A stretch of DNA of 64,000 bases, taken from a virus (taxonomy: Duplodnaviria > Caudoviricetes). A program made the translations under genes and the position numbers. Location: IMG/VR virus record IMGVR_UViG_3300003937_000325, one strand, 5' to 3'. How positions within the stretch are numbered: position 1 is the stretch's first letter; the number at the start of each line of letters is the position of its first letter. Below the pieces are notes generated by a model. The model saw only the letters and a list, made by a program, of their open reading frames with translations. It did not search any database and was not told the DNA's origin. Below, in pieces: positions 20,682-31,139 of this stretch.

Positions 20682-20705
20682 AAAAAACCCTCCGTATGGA
20701 GGGTT
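20682..20705 (-). terminator. Intrinsic terminator
   Basis: AACCCTCC-gtat-GGAGGGTT stem with minus-strand T-tract, after the UVR-motif gene. Confidence 0.65.
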
Positions 20706-20710
20706 CTTTA

Positions 20711-21064
20711 TTACTTTCTTAAGTTTTTAATTTTATCCCTAAGTTTAATCGATTCTTCAAAATTCTCTTCAGTAATAGAAATACCTAATTTTTCTTTTAA
20801 GTCTTTTATTTCTTTTCCATTTTTTTCCAAGTTTTTAATTTTGTCTCTAAGTTCAACCGCTAATTCAAAATTTTCTTCTGATATAGCATTATCTAATTCT
20901 TTTTTTAATTGATTCGTATTATTATCGGTAGTACTCGTAGTCGATTTACTATCGTAATAAAAAATGTATCCATTAGGTCCTACTTTATAGTAAGTTGGTT
21001 TTATTTCATTAAAGAATGAGTCAAACTCATCGAATAGTTCATTAAATTTTCTTTTTCCAAACAT
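20711..21064 (-). CDS. Protein with two UvrB/UvrC (UVR) motifs, candidate ClpC adaptor
   Basis: LKKELDNAISEENFELAVELRDKIK and LKEKL..SITEENFEESIKLRDKIK; ATG at 21064 (MFGKRKFNELFDEFDSFF) preferred over the tracked start. Confidence 0.8.
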   Translation of the reverse strand: MFGKRKFNELFDEFDSFFNEIKPTYYKVGPNGYIFYYDSKSTTSTTDNNTNQLKKELDNAISEENFELAVELRDKIKNLEKNGKEIKDLKEKLGISITEENFEESIKLRDKIKNLRK

Positions 21065-21112
21065 ATTATTAGTTTTTTTTATTTTATTGTTTATCTTTGT
21101 ACTTAACAAATG

Positions 21113-21127
21113 GCAAAAAACGTACCA
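21113..21127 (-). promoter_or_regulatory. Sigma-54-type (-24/-12) promoter
   Basis: Minus strand reads TGGTACG-TTTT-TTGC, matching TGGYACR-N4-TTGC with exact GG-N10-GC spacing, 49 bp upstream of the ATG at 21064. Confidence 0.6.
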
Positions 21128-21139
21128 TAAGTTATATAA

Positions 21140-21215
21140 TGTCCATATGACTCATCATTATAGAGGAATAGTGACATAATGACAGTTAACCTAAATTTAA
21201 TATGACAAAATGTCA
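21140..21215. promoter_or_regulatory. Three TG[AT]C-type dyad sites, candidate enhancer/repressor operators
   Basis: TGTCC-ata-TGACT (21140-21152), TGACA-taa-TGACA (21172-21184), TGACA-aaa-TGTCA (21203-21215, perfect palindrome), spaced 32 and 31 bp. Confidence 0.5.
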
Positions 21216-21274
21216 AGTAGTTGATAAACGAACAATTTTTGTTATATTAGTAATGATAAATTAATTAATATAAT

Positions 21275-23293
21275 ATGATAGAAGAAGTAGACCCAAACGA
21301 AAAGGGTGGTCGTAACCCTAAAGAAGTGAGTAACTCTAAAACACCTGTGTTAGATAATTTTTCTCGTGACCTAATTAAACATGCTGAACAAGGTAAACTT
21401 GACCCTGTTGTTGGTCGTGAGAGAGAAATTAATCGTATCGCACAAATCCTTTCCCGTAGAAAGAAAAACAACCCAATTATCATTGGTGAACCAGGAGCGG
21501 GTAAAACTGCCATAGTAGAAGGTTTAGCTATGAAAATTTTTGAAGGTGATTGTCCTCAAAACTTATGTGATAAAAGAATAGTATCATTAGATATGACATC
21601 TATTGTCGCTGGAACTAAATATCGTGGACAATTTGAAGAAAGATTAAAAGTTATCTTAGATGAGTTATATGAAAACCCTGAAATAATTGTCTTCATTGAT
21701 GAGATACACACTATTATTGGTGCAGGTAACTCTTCAGGTTCGTTAGATGCGTCTAATATATTTAAACCGGCATTAGCAAGGGGTGAACTCCAATGTATTG
21801 GGGCAACAACTCTTGATGAGTATCGAGAGAATATTGAAAAGGATGGTGCACTTGAGCGTCGTTTTCAGAAAGTAGTAGTTGACGGTGCAACACCTAAAGA
21901 GACATTAATAATTTTACAGAATTTAAAATCAAGGTATGAATTTCATCATAAAGTAAGTTATAGTGATGAATCATTAGAGGCTTGTGTGACCTTAGCAGAT
22001 AGATATATTACTGATAGAGAATTTCCTGATAAGGCAATTGATATTATGGATGAGGTAGGTGCCAGTGCGCAAATCAATGTTAAATTACCTGAAGTTATTG
22101 AAAAGTTGAAGGAACAAGCATCATCTATAAAAGATGAGAAAATACAAGTCGTGAAATCTCAACAATATGAGAAAGCAGCAGAACTTAGGGATAAGGAGAA
22201 AAAGATTCTAAAGAAATTAGATTCGGAAAAGGTTAAGTTTGAAAAACAAAAGGATGTTACACGTAAACCAATAACTGAAGATATGGTTTATAATGTAGTT
22301 GCAACTATGACTAAAATTCCAGTTAGTCGTTTAAACAATGATGAAAAAGAATCTTTACTAAATCTTGAAGATAATCTCAATACCACAGTAATTGGTCAAG
22401 AATTGGCGGTTCAAAAGATTTCAAAGGCGATACGTAGAAATCGTGTAGGAATTAAAGACCCAAATAGACCAATAGGTTCTTTTATCTTCTTAGGTTCTAC
22501 CGGTATAGGTAAAACTCATTTAGCTAAACAATTAGCTAAAGAAATTTTTGGAGATGAGGATGCGTTAATAAGAATGGATATGTCTGAATATCAAGAAAAA
22601 TATACGATGTCTAGACTTATTGGTTCACCTCCCGGATATGTCGGTCATGACCAAGGAGGACAATTAACTGAAGCAGTTAAGAATAAACCATATTCCGTAG
22701 TTTTGTTTGATGAAATTGAAAAGGCTAATAAAGATATATTCTCACTACTCTTACAAATGATGGATGATGGTCACCTTACAGATAGTTTCGGTCGTAAAAT
22801 AAATTTCAAAAATTGTTTGATAATTATGACTTCTAACTTAGGAGTTAAAAAACTTCAAGATTTCGGTACAGGTGTTGGTTTTGAAACAACAAACAGAATG
22901 TCGAATAATGAAGAAATGAAAAAAGCTCTCCTTCAAAAAGAGTTAAAAAATCATTTTACTCCTGAATTTTTAAATCGTGTTGACGAAGTGGTGGTATTTA
23001 ACCCACTAAAAGAAAAAGAAGTTTCACAAATAGTTGAGATTGAATTACTAAAATTAACAACACGTTTAGAAGATATGAACTACAATATCACTATTAGTGA
23101 TACGGTTAAAGAATTTATTTCAAATGTTGGATTTGATGAAAAATATGGGGCACGTCCGATTAAAAGAGCAATTCAAGAAAAGATTGAAGACTTAATATCT
23201 GAAGAAGTTTTACGTGGTACAATCACTGAAGACAAACCATTTGTTCTTGATATGAAAGATGAAGAAGAACTTATTGTAAAGAAAGGGAATTAA
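21275..23293 (+). CDS. clpC: ClpC-type AAA+ chaperone lacking the N-terminal Clp-repeat domain
   Basis: Two NBDs ([14 protein letters not shown] and [15 protein letters not shown]), central UVR motif ([14 protein letters not shown]), [10 protein letters not shown] pore loop, GTGVGF ClpP-docking loop; 672 aa. Confidence 0.92.
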   Translation: MIEEVDPNEKGGRNPKEVSNSKTPVLDNFSRDLIKHAEQGKLDPVVGREREINRIAQILSRRKKNNPIIIGEPGAGKTAIVEGLAMKIFEGDCPQNLCDKRIVSLDMTSIVAGTKYRGQFEERLKVILDELYENPEIIVFIDEIHTIIGAGNSSGSLDASNIFKPALARGELQCIGATTLDEYRENIEKDGALERRFQKVVVDGATPKETLIILQNLKSRYEFHHKVSYSDESLEACVTLADRYITDREFPDKAIDIMDEVGASAQINVKLPEVIEKLKEQASSIKDEKIQVVKSQQYEKAAELRDKEKKILKKLDSEKVKFEKQKDVTRKPITEDMVYNVVATMTKIPVSRLNNDEKESLLNLEDNLNTTVIGQELAVQKISKAIRRNRVGIKDPNRPIGSFIFLGSTGIGKTHLAKQLAKEIFGDEDALIRMDMSEYQEKYTMSRLIGSPPGYVGHDQGGQLTEAVKNKPYSVVLFDEIEKANKDIFSLLLQMMDDGHLTDSFGRKINFKNCLIIMTSNLGVKKLQDFGTGVGFETTNRMSNNEEMKKALLQKELKNHFTPEFLNRVDEVVVFNPLKEKEVSQIVEIELLKLTTRLEDMNYNITISDTVKEFISNVGFDEKYGARPIKRAIQEKIEDLISEEVLRGTITEDKPFVLDMKDEEELIVKKGN

Positions 23294-23355
23294 TTTTCCC
23301 TTTTCTTTTTTATTTGAAGAATAAATTGTATATTTGTACTCTAAATAATAAACAA

Positions 23356-24468
23356 ATGGATAATACACGACTCAATAGACTAAAAGACGTACTATCAGTA
23401 CCAACAAAAACGTATCAGGAAGAAAATATGGTACAATACCTACGCGACGTATTGGATGCAATGCCCGATGTTGAGTATTATACTGACGACATGAATAATG
23501 TCTACGCCACTAAAGGTACTTTAAATGAGGGTGAGTATTATCCAATGTTTATTGCCCACACAGACACAGTACATAGTTTGGTCGATGAAATAGTTGTTCA
23601 AGAAGAATCACTTATCAAACCCAACACCTTTGGACATACTTACGGTGATGAAGAATTTCTATCCCTAAAGGGTTATACACCAAACGGTAGTCCAACAGGT
23701 ATTGGTGGAGATGATAAGTGTGGTGTTTTTATCGCATTAGAGCTTTTAAGAGCCCTACCCAAAGTTAAAGTTGGACTATTTGTGTCCGAAGAAACGGGGT
23801 GTCACGGTTCGAGTAAATGTGATATTAACTTCTTGAACGATGTGGGTTATGCGGTTCAATTTGATGCACCTGGAAATAACTTAATTACTGAGGTATGTTC
23901 AGGAACAAGATTGTACGAAAAGGATGGGGATTTTATTAATAAAGCTTTACCACTTTTTAATGAAATTATGGGGGTTAATGCCGACCCACAATCTCACCCA
24001 TATACTGATGTCTCTCAGATTAAACGTAAAGGGGATTTTAGTTGTATTAATTTCTCATGTGGTTATTACAATATGCACACAGAGAATGAATTTGTAGTTG
24101 TAGATGATGTTAACAGAGCGGTAGAATTTTCTATTAAATTAGTTAATAGACTTGAAAATAAGAAATATATCTATGAGTACGAAAAACCTAATTATAACGA
24201 CTACGGGACTCTATTTGATGTTAATGATGACGTTTTAGGTGAGTGGGACGACTATGAAGAAGAGACCTATGAATTAGAAAATATCACAGTAACCGATTAC
24301 AAAGAAGGGTTATCAATTGAATCTAAGTTTACTGGTGACGTTATCTATATGGATGAAAGTGAAGTGGGGGAACTCTATGAAATTTTAAGAGAAAAATTAC
24401 TGTCAATGAATTATCAAGACGAACTTGATGAGGCTTCGGCAGAAGGTTCTACAAGATTTTTTAATTAA
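23356..24468 (+). CDS. M20/M28-family metallopeptidase
   Basis: AHTDTV, GIGGDDKCG, SEETGC.GS, QFD and MHT zinc-ligand motifs; ATG at 23356 preferred because the tracked TTG start overlaps a TATATTTG promoter. Confidence 0.85.
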   Translation: MDNTRLNRLKDVLSVPTKTYQEENMVQYLRDVLDAMPDVEYYTDDMNNVYATKGTLNEGEYYPMFIAHTDTVHSLVDEIVVQEESLIKPNTFGHTYGDEEFLSLKGYTPNGSPTGIGGDDKCGVFIALELLRALPKVKVGLFVSEETGCHGSSKCDINFLNDVGYAVQFDAPGNNLITEVCSGTRLYEKDGDFINKALPLFNEIMGVNADPQSHPYTDVSQIKRKGDFSCINFSCGYYNMHTENEFVVVDDVNRAVEFSIKLVNRLENKKYIYEYEKPNYNDYGTLFDVNDDVLGEWDDYEEETYELENITVTDYKEGLSIESKFTGDVIYMDESEVGELYEILREKLLSMNYQDELDEASAEGSTRFFN

Positions 24469-26381
24469 TCCTCAAATGGGTCAAATAATTGATAATTAGA
24501 AATTAACTTCTCTATTGTCGATAATTTGGCCCTTCCTTTTTTAATTTTCCATTGTGGGTTATTTCTACGTAGTTCAAAATCTATTTTATTATCTTCAGGT
24601 TTTATCCCTTTTATTTCTATCGTAACATCACCATTAGGACCATTTAAAGTTTCAACTTCTATTTTTTCGTTAAAACCAAACTTTTTTTCTACCACATTAA
24701 AAATTCTTTTATATTCCTCAATATCTACATAGTCATCAGACTCCTCAATTTTTTCAAGTAACTTATCTAAAGCAGAGTCCATAGGGCTATCAAAATAATA
24801 CTTAAAGGTTTCGTCATCTACGTGTTCATACGCCATATTGTGAGGTTCTTCAACATTCATACTGATATTTTCATCCATATACCACTCTAACATTTCTTTT
24901 AAACTCAAAGATTTACTGTACTCGATATTACTGTCATACATTTTTATTAAATCATCGATTGATACTGAGTATTTATAGAAACATGTATCTTCTAGTTTAA
25001 ACCCTTCAGGTTCATATAAGTTACACAACTCATCTGTAAGTGCCTTTTGGACACCTATTTTCATAGATTCGTCTTGAGCGTTACCATACGCATCATCAAA
25101 ACTTTCGTAGAAATCGTTATCAAAATTCATTAAAAAATCACCCATTTTGGATAAAGGGAAATTATCATTATCAACTAATGATAAATCGTATAACTCATAA
25201 TAATCCTTTAAATCTTTACCTAACTCTTTGAATTTTTTTAACTTTTCTCTTGATACGTTTGGAGAAGTTTTGAATGAACCTTTAAATTTATCACCAAGTA
25301 ATTCAAGTATTTTTTTTAATGTTTTTAGGTGTGATGAATTAAGTGAGTACAAAGGGTACCCTTCTTTGATGTCTTCTTCAAAATTATAACGGTCATAATA
25401 ATAATTATCCATACCGTAAGGTAGTTCAATAGCGTTTGAGTAACTACTAAGTTCATAGTCTTCTAACTGTTCGTTCATTATAGAAAGAAACTCTTCAGCA
25501 CCTTCAAATCTAAGGTATACTTGTTCAGTATCCATATAATTAAAATATCGTGCGGTAAGTGTTTGTTTTGAGGCCTTTAATTTACCCTCTTTAACTTTAA
25601 TTAATTTTTCGTAATCAGTATTACCTTTAAGTATTTTTTTAAGTACTTCAGAAATCGGCTCAAACCTATCAAGTAAAAAATCTTCACTCCTTTGATTATC
25701 TTTTTGGTCGTAAATCCAAATATTACCATTTTCATTAATATTAATGGCCATTTTACCTAAAGTTTCGTCACTAGACTGTTTATCAATTACGTAAACTAAT
25801 ACTCCAGAATCACCATATCGATTAAAATAACTTCGATTATCTTTAGACGCCGTACACCATTTAGTATTTGCACCATAGTAACATGACGCATCATGACTAT
25901 AAGGTCTTACCACTAAAAATCTACTATCCTCATAAAGTTTATCGGTATCTTTTATGGCCTCTCTTTCTAATTCTCTATCTTTTTTCTTTTTGTCCATTGC
26001 AGATAAGACCGTTTGTAACTCCCAATATGACTTATATCTGTGTATATCTTTAGGAGCACCTTTTATATATGTGTCATTAATACCTGAATGTAATTTTTTA
26101 GCTAAATCAATATCTTTATCAGTAATTGTTAATGATAGGTCGTGGAAAGTATTAATTAAATCTGTAATTTGAGTGATAACATCGGGAAGTGACGCACCAT
26201 CATTAATTTTCATGAATTCAATTACTTGTTTAATAGTCCACTCAGAATACTTCTTAGTGCTCGATGGGTCACTATCAATAATCTTAGATATAAAATTATT
26301 ATCTTTGTATATTGGCTCATCACCATACTTAGAAATAAGATTCTCTTTTTTACCTTCGTTTAATAATGTACTGAATTTCAT
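24465..26381 (-). CDS. 638-aa protein with PcfJ-like domain, candidate internal head protein
   Basis: MKFSTLLNE leader; SHDASCYYGANTKWCTAS...YFNRY...VYVID resembles the PcfJ-like (GNAT-related) family. Confidence 0.6.
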   Translation of the reverse strand: MKFSTLLNEGKKENLISKYGDEPIYKDNNFISKIIDSDPSSTKKYSEWTIKQVIEFMKINDGASLPDVITQITDLINTFHDLSLTITDKDIDLAKKLHSGINDTYIKGAPKDIHRYKSYWELQTVLSAMDKKKKDRELEREAIKDTDKLYEDSRFLVVRPYSHDASCYYGANTKWCTASKDNRSYFNRYGDSGVLVYVIDKQSSDETLGKMAININENGNIWIYDQKDNQRSEDFLLDRFEPISEVLKKILKGNTDYEKLIKVKEGKLKASKQTLTARYFNYMDTEQVYLRFEGAEEFLSIMNEQLEDYELSSYSNAIELPYGMDNYYYDRYNFEEDIKEGYPLYSLNSSHLKTLKKILELLGDKFKGSFKTSPNVSREKLKKFKELGKDLKDYYELYDLSLVDNDNFPLSKMGDFLMNFDNDFYESFDDAYGNAQDESMKIGVQKALTDELCNLYEPEGFKLEDTCFYKYSVSIDDLIKMYDSNIEYSKSLSLKEMLEWYMDENISMNVEEPHNMAYEHVDDETFKYYFDSPMDSALDKLLEKIEESDDYVDIEEYKRIFNVVEKKFGFNEKIEVETLNGPNGDVTIEIKGIKPEDNKIDFELRRNNPQWKIKKGRAKLSTIEKLISNYQLFDPFED

Positions 26382-26446
26382 TTAAAACTTTTATAATAAA
26401 TAGTATATTAATAGGATAATTGGTTTTAAAGGCTTATATTTGTTAT

Positions 26447-26962
26447 ATGAAAAAGATACTACTAATATTACTAACACTTATTTCTATCGTAAGTTACTCA
26501 CAGGACTTAGGTGAAATACAAAGACATTTACTGAATTTAGTAAATGAAGAAAGAAGTAATAGAGGTTTAAGTACTTTTGTAACCGACACACTAATAAATA
26601 ATGGGGCTAAAATACATACCGATTACTTAAGTACGATAAGAAGTTACAAACAAGTGTCCCACACTAATCCTAACTTAAAATATAAATACCCATCTGATAG
26701 AATTAAAATTGCAAGTAATTCAAAATATACTAATTCATCAGAAAATGTAACCGCGTTTACCTACGACTCATCTAAAACAGATTTAGAAATCGCTACACAA
26801 GCTCATAATAATTTTATGAATTCAAAATACCATAAAATGAATGTTTTAACTGAATATGGGGATTATCTTAATGAAGGTTATATATTACCAAGTCACTATG
26901 GTCACCACGTTGTTTACAATAAAAAATTGAATGCAATTATTGTAGTTCAAATGTTTCCGTAA
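26447..26962 (+). CDS. Secreted CAP (SCP-like) domain protein
   Basis: Signal peptide MKKILLILLTLISIVSYS; LLNLVNEERSNRGL...H...SENV...FMNSKYHKMNVL pattern. Confidence 0.75.
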   Translation: MKKILLILLTLISIVSYSQDLGEIQRHLLNLVNEERSNRGLSTFVTDTLINNGAKIHTDYLSTIRSYKQVSHTNPNLKYKYPSDRIKIASNSKYTNSSENVTAFTYDSSKTDLEIATQAHNNFMNSKYHKMNVLTEYGDYLNEGYILPSHYGHHVVYNKKLNAIIVVQMFP

Positions 26963-26974
26963 AATAAATTATAA

Positions 26975-28225
26975 TTAACCCCTTCTTTGATTAGAGAACG
27001 TAAAGATTATATCTTTTAAATAAGCTACTTTAATCTTCTCACCATCCACCACTGCAGTTCTAACGGCAGATTTAGTAGTAATTTTTGGGGAATAGTAACT
27101 TATTGGACCATCAGTTGCCGGATTTGGATTTGTAGTCCCTATCATCGGTGGTCGAGTACCTAACATACCAACTAACTTTCCGTCAACTATGAAACCACTA
27201 TCGGTAAGTTTAGCATCTAAGACTCCGTCAAACTCCCAATCAATACCTAACTCATCTGCACGTTCAACACTAAGTGCCAAGTGCCAAGTACCATTACCGT
27301 AACTGTCCCAAACTCTATAACCTTCTCTATATTTACCTACTCCGTCAGCATAAACAGGAACCATCCACTTTGTTGACTCATTCTTAATCTTTTTACCAGG
27401 TGTTTTTTCTCCATCAATTTTTAATTCATTTTTTACTTCATATTGTTCAGCATTTGGTTCTAAAGTAATTTTTCTGAATTCCTCACCTCTTTTATCGTCG
27501 CCTTGTCCGTAGAAGTTATCTCCCTTTTTTACTTTGATTTTTAAATCGAATCCTGTTTCTTCTTTAATTGCGTTAATTAAAGCTTGTGCGTATTGATTAG
27601 CCCTCATATCAGCTAAATACTGATTCATTTCTTTAGGGTCAGTTTTACCGTTATATGGTTTTGCACTTGGGTGGTCTAATTTAGAATAACCACTTGGTAC
27701 CTTTAACGTAGGTGTACCTGAATCGGCACTACCCTTAATTGTTACATTAGTTAATTTATCCCCTCCACCAGCATTTATATATTTAATAAAATCGTTTACA
27801 ATCTTCTTAAACTGTACATTAGCCTCAGGATACTTATCAAAGTAAGGCATAACCATATTATCCGCATATGGAAGACTACTTCCCTGTACGTTATATATTG
27901 GAATGGTAACTATAACGTTAGGTGGTGTTTCTTTACCTGGTATTTCCTTACCACCACCAACTAACTTAGTTATGTATCTAATGTCATATCTACCTTCACC
28001 TACATTTACCGCTAATGGATTTGTTGGGTTAACATCAAAGTTAAGTGAACCAGAAACTTCCTGATTCCAATTTTCAGACCTACCCTTCTGTTCATATTTT
28101 TTTCTGTCTCGTCTAGAAAACTTTGTTTTAACACCAGTTAAATCACCTCTTCTCTGTTCTTCAATTACTTGTTTTACGATATTTTCAATATCACCTTCCG
28201 TTAACTTTATATGTCTTTTAACCAT
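26975..28225 (-). CDS. Protein with OmpA-like peptidoglycan-binding domain, candidate internal head protein
   Basis: KLTEGDIENIVKQVIEE leader; VTIKGSADS...NQYLADMRA..Y...L resembles the OmpA C-terminal motif. Confidence 0.55.
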   Translation of the reverse strand: MVKRHIKLTEGDIENIVKQVIEEQRRGDLTGVKTKFSRRDRKKYEQKGRSENWNQEVSGSLNFDVNPTNPLAVNVGEGRYDIRYITKLVGGGKEIPGKETPPNVIVTIPIYNVQGSSLPYADNMVMPYFDKYPEANVQFKKIVNDFIKYINAGGGDKLTNVTIKGSADSGTPTLKVPSGYSKLDHPSAKPYNGKTDPKEMNQYLADMRANQYAQALINAIKEETGFDLKIKVKKGDNFYGQGDDKRGEEFRKITLEPNAEQYEVKNELKIDGEKTPGKKIKNESTKWMVPVYADGVGKYREGYRVWDSYGNGTWHLALSVERADELGIDWEFDGVLDAKLTDSGFIVDGKLVGMLGTRPPMIGTTNPNPATDGPISYYSPKITTKSAVRTAVVDGEKIKVAYLKDIIFTFSNQRRG

Positions 28226-28274
28226 TTTTAATGTATTTTTATTATAAATAGTTTCTTATTAGAAAAAAAGTATT

Positions 28275-28309
28275 TATATTTGTACCAAGAAACAAATGTT
28301 CTTTGAAAA
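28275..28309 (+). promoter_or_regulatory. Bacteroidetes -7 element plus boxA upstream of tmRNA
   Basis: TATATTTG at 28275-28282 (overlapping TATTTATA at 28271-28278) and GTTCTTTGAAAA at 28298-28309. Confidence 0.6.
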
Positions 28310-28312
28310 TAT

Positions 28313-28702
28313 GGGGGCGAATGGAATTGATTGGCAGGGTCAGTTATACGGGGCACGTAGTCAAACTTCATCTATGACTTAAATCTATGATGGAAATTTT
28401 TTAGACGGCAACGTACTAAACAAAATGTCAGCTCTAGGTTTACTTAGAACTGAACAAGTAGCTGTAGCGTAAGACGTTAACAGTGAAGAGGGGTCGGTCA
28501 GGACATATACCTTTCAACAGAAGTCCGTTGTGTGGTGGAAAAACGATTAAACCCTAAATTGAATCGTACATCTATTGTTAGTGGAGGATGTAAAAATTGA
28601 ACTAAATATTACGGAACATTGTGAACTAATGTTGTCCTAAACGTGTAGTCCTTTATAGGTGGACTGAACAAGACGCGGGTTCGAATCCCGCCGCCTCCAC
28701 CA
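28313..28702 (+). ncRNA. ssrA: tmRNA (390 nt)
   Basis: 5' GGGGGCG pairs with 3' CGCCTCC-ACCA including the G3:U70 alanine identity pair; T-arm GCGGGTTCGAATCCCGC; tag ORF at 28407-28472 ending AVA-stop. Confidence 0.93.
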
Positions 28703-28706
28703 ATAG

Positions 28707-28743
28707 ATGCCAATTAAATTAATTTTAGTTGGCATTTTTTTTT
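28707..28743 (+). terminator. Intrinsic terminator after tmRNA
   Basis: ATGCCAA...TTGGCAT stem followed by a long T-tract. Confidence 0.7.
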
Positions 28744-28770
28744 GATATATGGTAAAAAGGCTTATCTTTG
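28741..28770 (+). promoter_or_regulatory. Bacteroidetes housekeeping-sigma promoter
   Basis: TTTG (28741-28744), 18-nt spacer, TATCTTTG (28763-28770). Confidence 0.65.
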
Positions 28771-28810
28771 TAGGGTAATCATCAGTAATCACCATAAAAA
28801 AAATATCATC

Positions 28811-29560
28811 ATGACAGTAACAGGAATCAACATCGAAGAAAAAGTAAGAAACTACCAAGGAGCAAACACATTCATTCAAAAATTACAACCATCACTTTTA
28901 AAGTGGGGTCGTCTAACACCAAAACAATACGCAGTGGCAGAAAAACTAATCATGAAAGAAGTACGTTTAGGGGAAGTTAAAATTGAAGAACTACCTATGG
29001 AGTTAAAGGCTATCGTACAATACACAGGAGAATCTAACTTCGTTAATGACCTAAAAGTTAAATACAAAAAATACCGTCAGTTGACTGAAAAACAAGTTTC
29101 TGCTGGTTACAAAGCGATTGACCGTGAGATTCAAAAAGACTCTCAAAAAGAGTTGAACATAAAATTGGTTGGTAACACAATCAAACTCGGTCGCAAAATC
29201 GCTCTAAGTATCAAAGAGAACTACGATATGGATTTTCACCCAATCTTAGTTGATGTTACAGAAGTGATGACTATTTCTAACAAAGCCTTCAAATTGAAAG
29301 CTAAACTCACAAAGGACAACGCAGGTATCTGCAGATGTTGTGGACGAACTCTTACTGATGAGATGTCCCAAGTTACAGGTATCGGTCCGGTATGTGCAGG
29401 GTACGTAGGTGTTAAACACCCAAAGAACTCTAACGATGTTGCCAAGTTCAAAGAGGACATGTCCAACAAAATCGATGAAATCGGAGAATTCGAGTTTTGG
29501 ATTCCAAAACGAGCAATCATCGAATGGAAAGGGACGGCAGGAGTAATGTTGAGATGGTAG
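28811..29560 (+). CDS. Protein with C-terminal DUF6011-like zinc-binding motif
   Basis: CRCCGRTLTDEMSQVTGIGPVC; two internal LT.KQ repeats; ATG at 28811 lies downstream of the promoter. Confidence 0.7.
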   Translation: MTVTGINIEEKVRNYQGANTFIQKLQPSLLKWGRLTPKQYAVAEKLIMKEVRLGEVKIEELPMELKAIVQYTGESNFVNDLKVKYKKYRQLTEKQVSAGYKAIDREIQKDSQKELNIKLVGNTIKLGRKIALSIKENYDMDFHPILVDVTEVMTISNKAFKLKAKLTKDNAGICRCCGRTLTDEMSQVTGIGPVCAGYVGVKHPKNSNDVAKFKEDMSNKIDEIGEFEFWIPKRAIIEWKGTAGVMLRW

Positions 29561-29590
29561 AAAGAGTGGGGGGAGTGATGACCCCCCATT

Positions 29591-30340
29591 TTATTTTAAA
29601 TCTTCTTCAGTGGGTTCTGTTAATGAATTACCCGCACTCATGTAACGAGTCTGATAAGTATAATCTTCTTTAGTTGCAATAGCATTCAAATTAGACGTGT
29701 AGAGCTCTCTTAAATCTTTTCGGGGGTGAGTAGTCGTAACGGCAGATAAAAACTCGTCAGACACTATTATATTCTTTTTTAAGGTATCTAAATGGTCCTC
29801 CACTAACTTCCTTAACCCCTCTTTATTTAATATGTAAGTATGTGTGTTATAAAAATAGGAAGGTCTTATAAAATGTTCTTTACCTATTTCGTAAGAACTA
29901 TGTATGTTTGGGAAATTTACATGTAATGGATTATGTGACATTAAACATAAGTCCCATTGATAATCGATAAGTTCTTCGAATATAGACCATTGTAATGTGC
30001 CGTCAGTGTCAAAATCATCCTCAAGTATCATTATATTTTCATACCCATTTAAATAAGCGTCTTCCCAACACATAGTATGTGAAATCATACCACCAGCTTC
30101 ACCATACGTAGTGGGTCTCTCCCACCAATGCCAATTAGGGTTTAAATCTGAAATATTCCAATTATGGTATAACTCATAACCTAAATCAGTTTCAGTTTTT
30201 AAACGAGTACCTAAAAATGCATCAATAATGAATACTGGAGTGTCGTAAGGTAAAGGTATTTTACTCAACCTGTTGTATAGGTCTTGTATATATTCTTCAC
30301 TATGGTCTAAAGAAATAACATATACTTGGTCTAATTTCAT
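29591..30340 (-). CDS. Glycosyltransferase family 25
   Basis: VYVISL...IDAFLG, TYGEAGGMISH..CW, IMILEDD, THTYILNKEG pattern. Confidence 0.85.
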   Translation of the reverse strand: MKLDQVYVISLDHSEEYIQDLYNRLSKIPLPYDTPVFIIDAFLGTRLKTETDLGYELYHNWNISDLNPNWHWWERPTTYGEAGGMISHTMCWEDAYLNGYENIMILEDDFDTDGTLQWSIFEELIDYQWDLCLMSHNPLHVNFPNIHSSYEIGKEHFIRPSYFYNTHTYILNKEGLRKLVEDHLDTLKKNIIVSDEFLSAVTTTHPRKDLRELYTSNLNAIATKEDYTYQTRYMSAGNSLTEPTEEDLK

Positions 30341-30532
30341 GGAAGTACTTTTTATTATAAAATATATTACTTACGAATAAATTAAAGGATTACCCATATA
30401 AAATTTAAAGCACCATCACAAAAATACATATAAAGTTTTTAACCACAAAATTATAACACCATTAAAATAAAAAAAGGTACCGTTTCCGATACCTTTTAAT
30501 AGATTGAATTACCCCCTTTTTCTTAAAAAAGT

Positions 30533-31135
30533 TTATGAAAGCATATTATCTCTAATGTCTTTCAACTTTAATTCCATTTTGGAATTAACGTCCCCTATAA
30601 CAGGCTTCAACTTATCGACAAATGTGTCTTCAAGTTTTTTGACCATATCTGAGTTGTCTGTACTCACCATTGAATATTTACTACCCATATCTTCGGAGTA
30701 TGCTTGAGATATTTTCTGAGCCAAAAATCTTGGGTCATTAAATAATTCCGATACTTCGTCCATTTCAGTGTTACCTATAGCACTAACTAATATTTCTTGT
30801 TCAATATCAGTAAGTTGTAACTTACTTTTTAAGTATTCAGCCAATTTTTCTTTAACTATGTCAAGAAAACGAGGACCTTCCTCATCAAACATTTGACTTA
30901 ATACTTGAACCATATTTTCATTAATTACTTTCTGGTTAATACCATGAGACTTTAATGTTCTCACTTCATTAAACAGTACATTAAACGTTTTATTATTTTG
31001 TATTGTGGAGTGTTTATTTATATTTTTAGGTACCATAGAGAATCTACCTTTAACTATTTTTTCTTCAGTTAATGATACCTTTTTTTCTTCTTGTAAAATT
31101 TGAATGTTTCTTCTTATTGAATCTTGTATACCCAT
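30533..31135 (-). CDS. Hypothetical protein with (I/L)xE leader
   Basis: ATG at 31135 (MGIQDSIRRNIQILQEE); last gene of a five-gene minus-strand run. Confidence 0.65.
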   Translation of the reverse strand: MGIQDSIRRNIQILQEEKKVSLTEEKIVKGRFSMVPKNINKHSTIQNNKTFNVLFNEVRTLKSHGINQKVINENMVQVLSQMFDEEGPRFLDIVKEKLAEYLKSKLQLTDIEQEILVSAIGNTEMDEVSELFNDPRFLAQKISQAYSEDMGSKYSMVSTDNSDMVKKLEDTFVDKLKPVIGDVNSKMELKLKDIRDNMLS

Positions 31136-31139
31136 TTTA

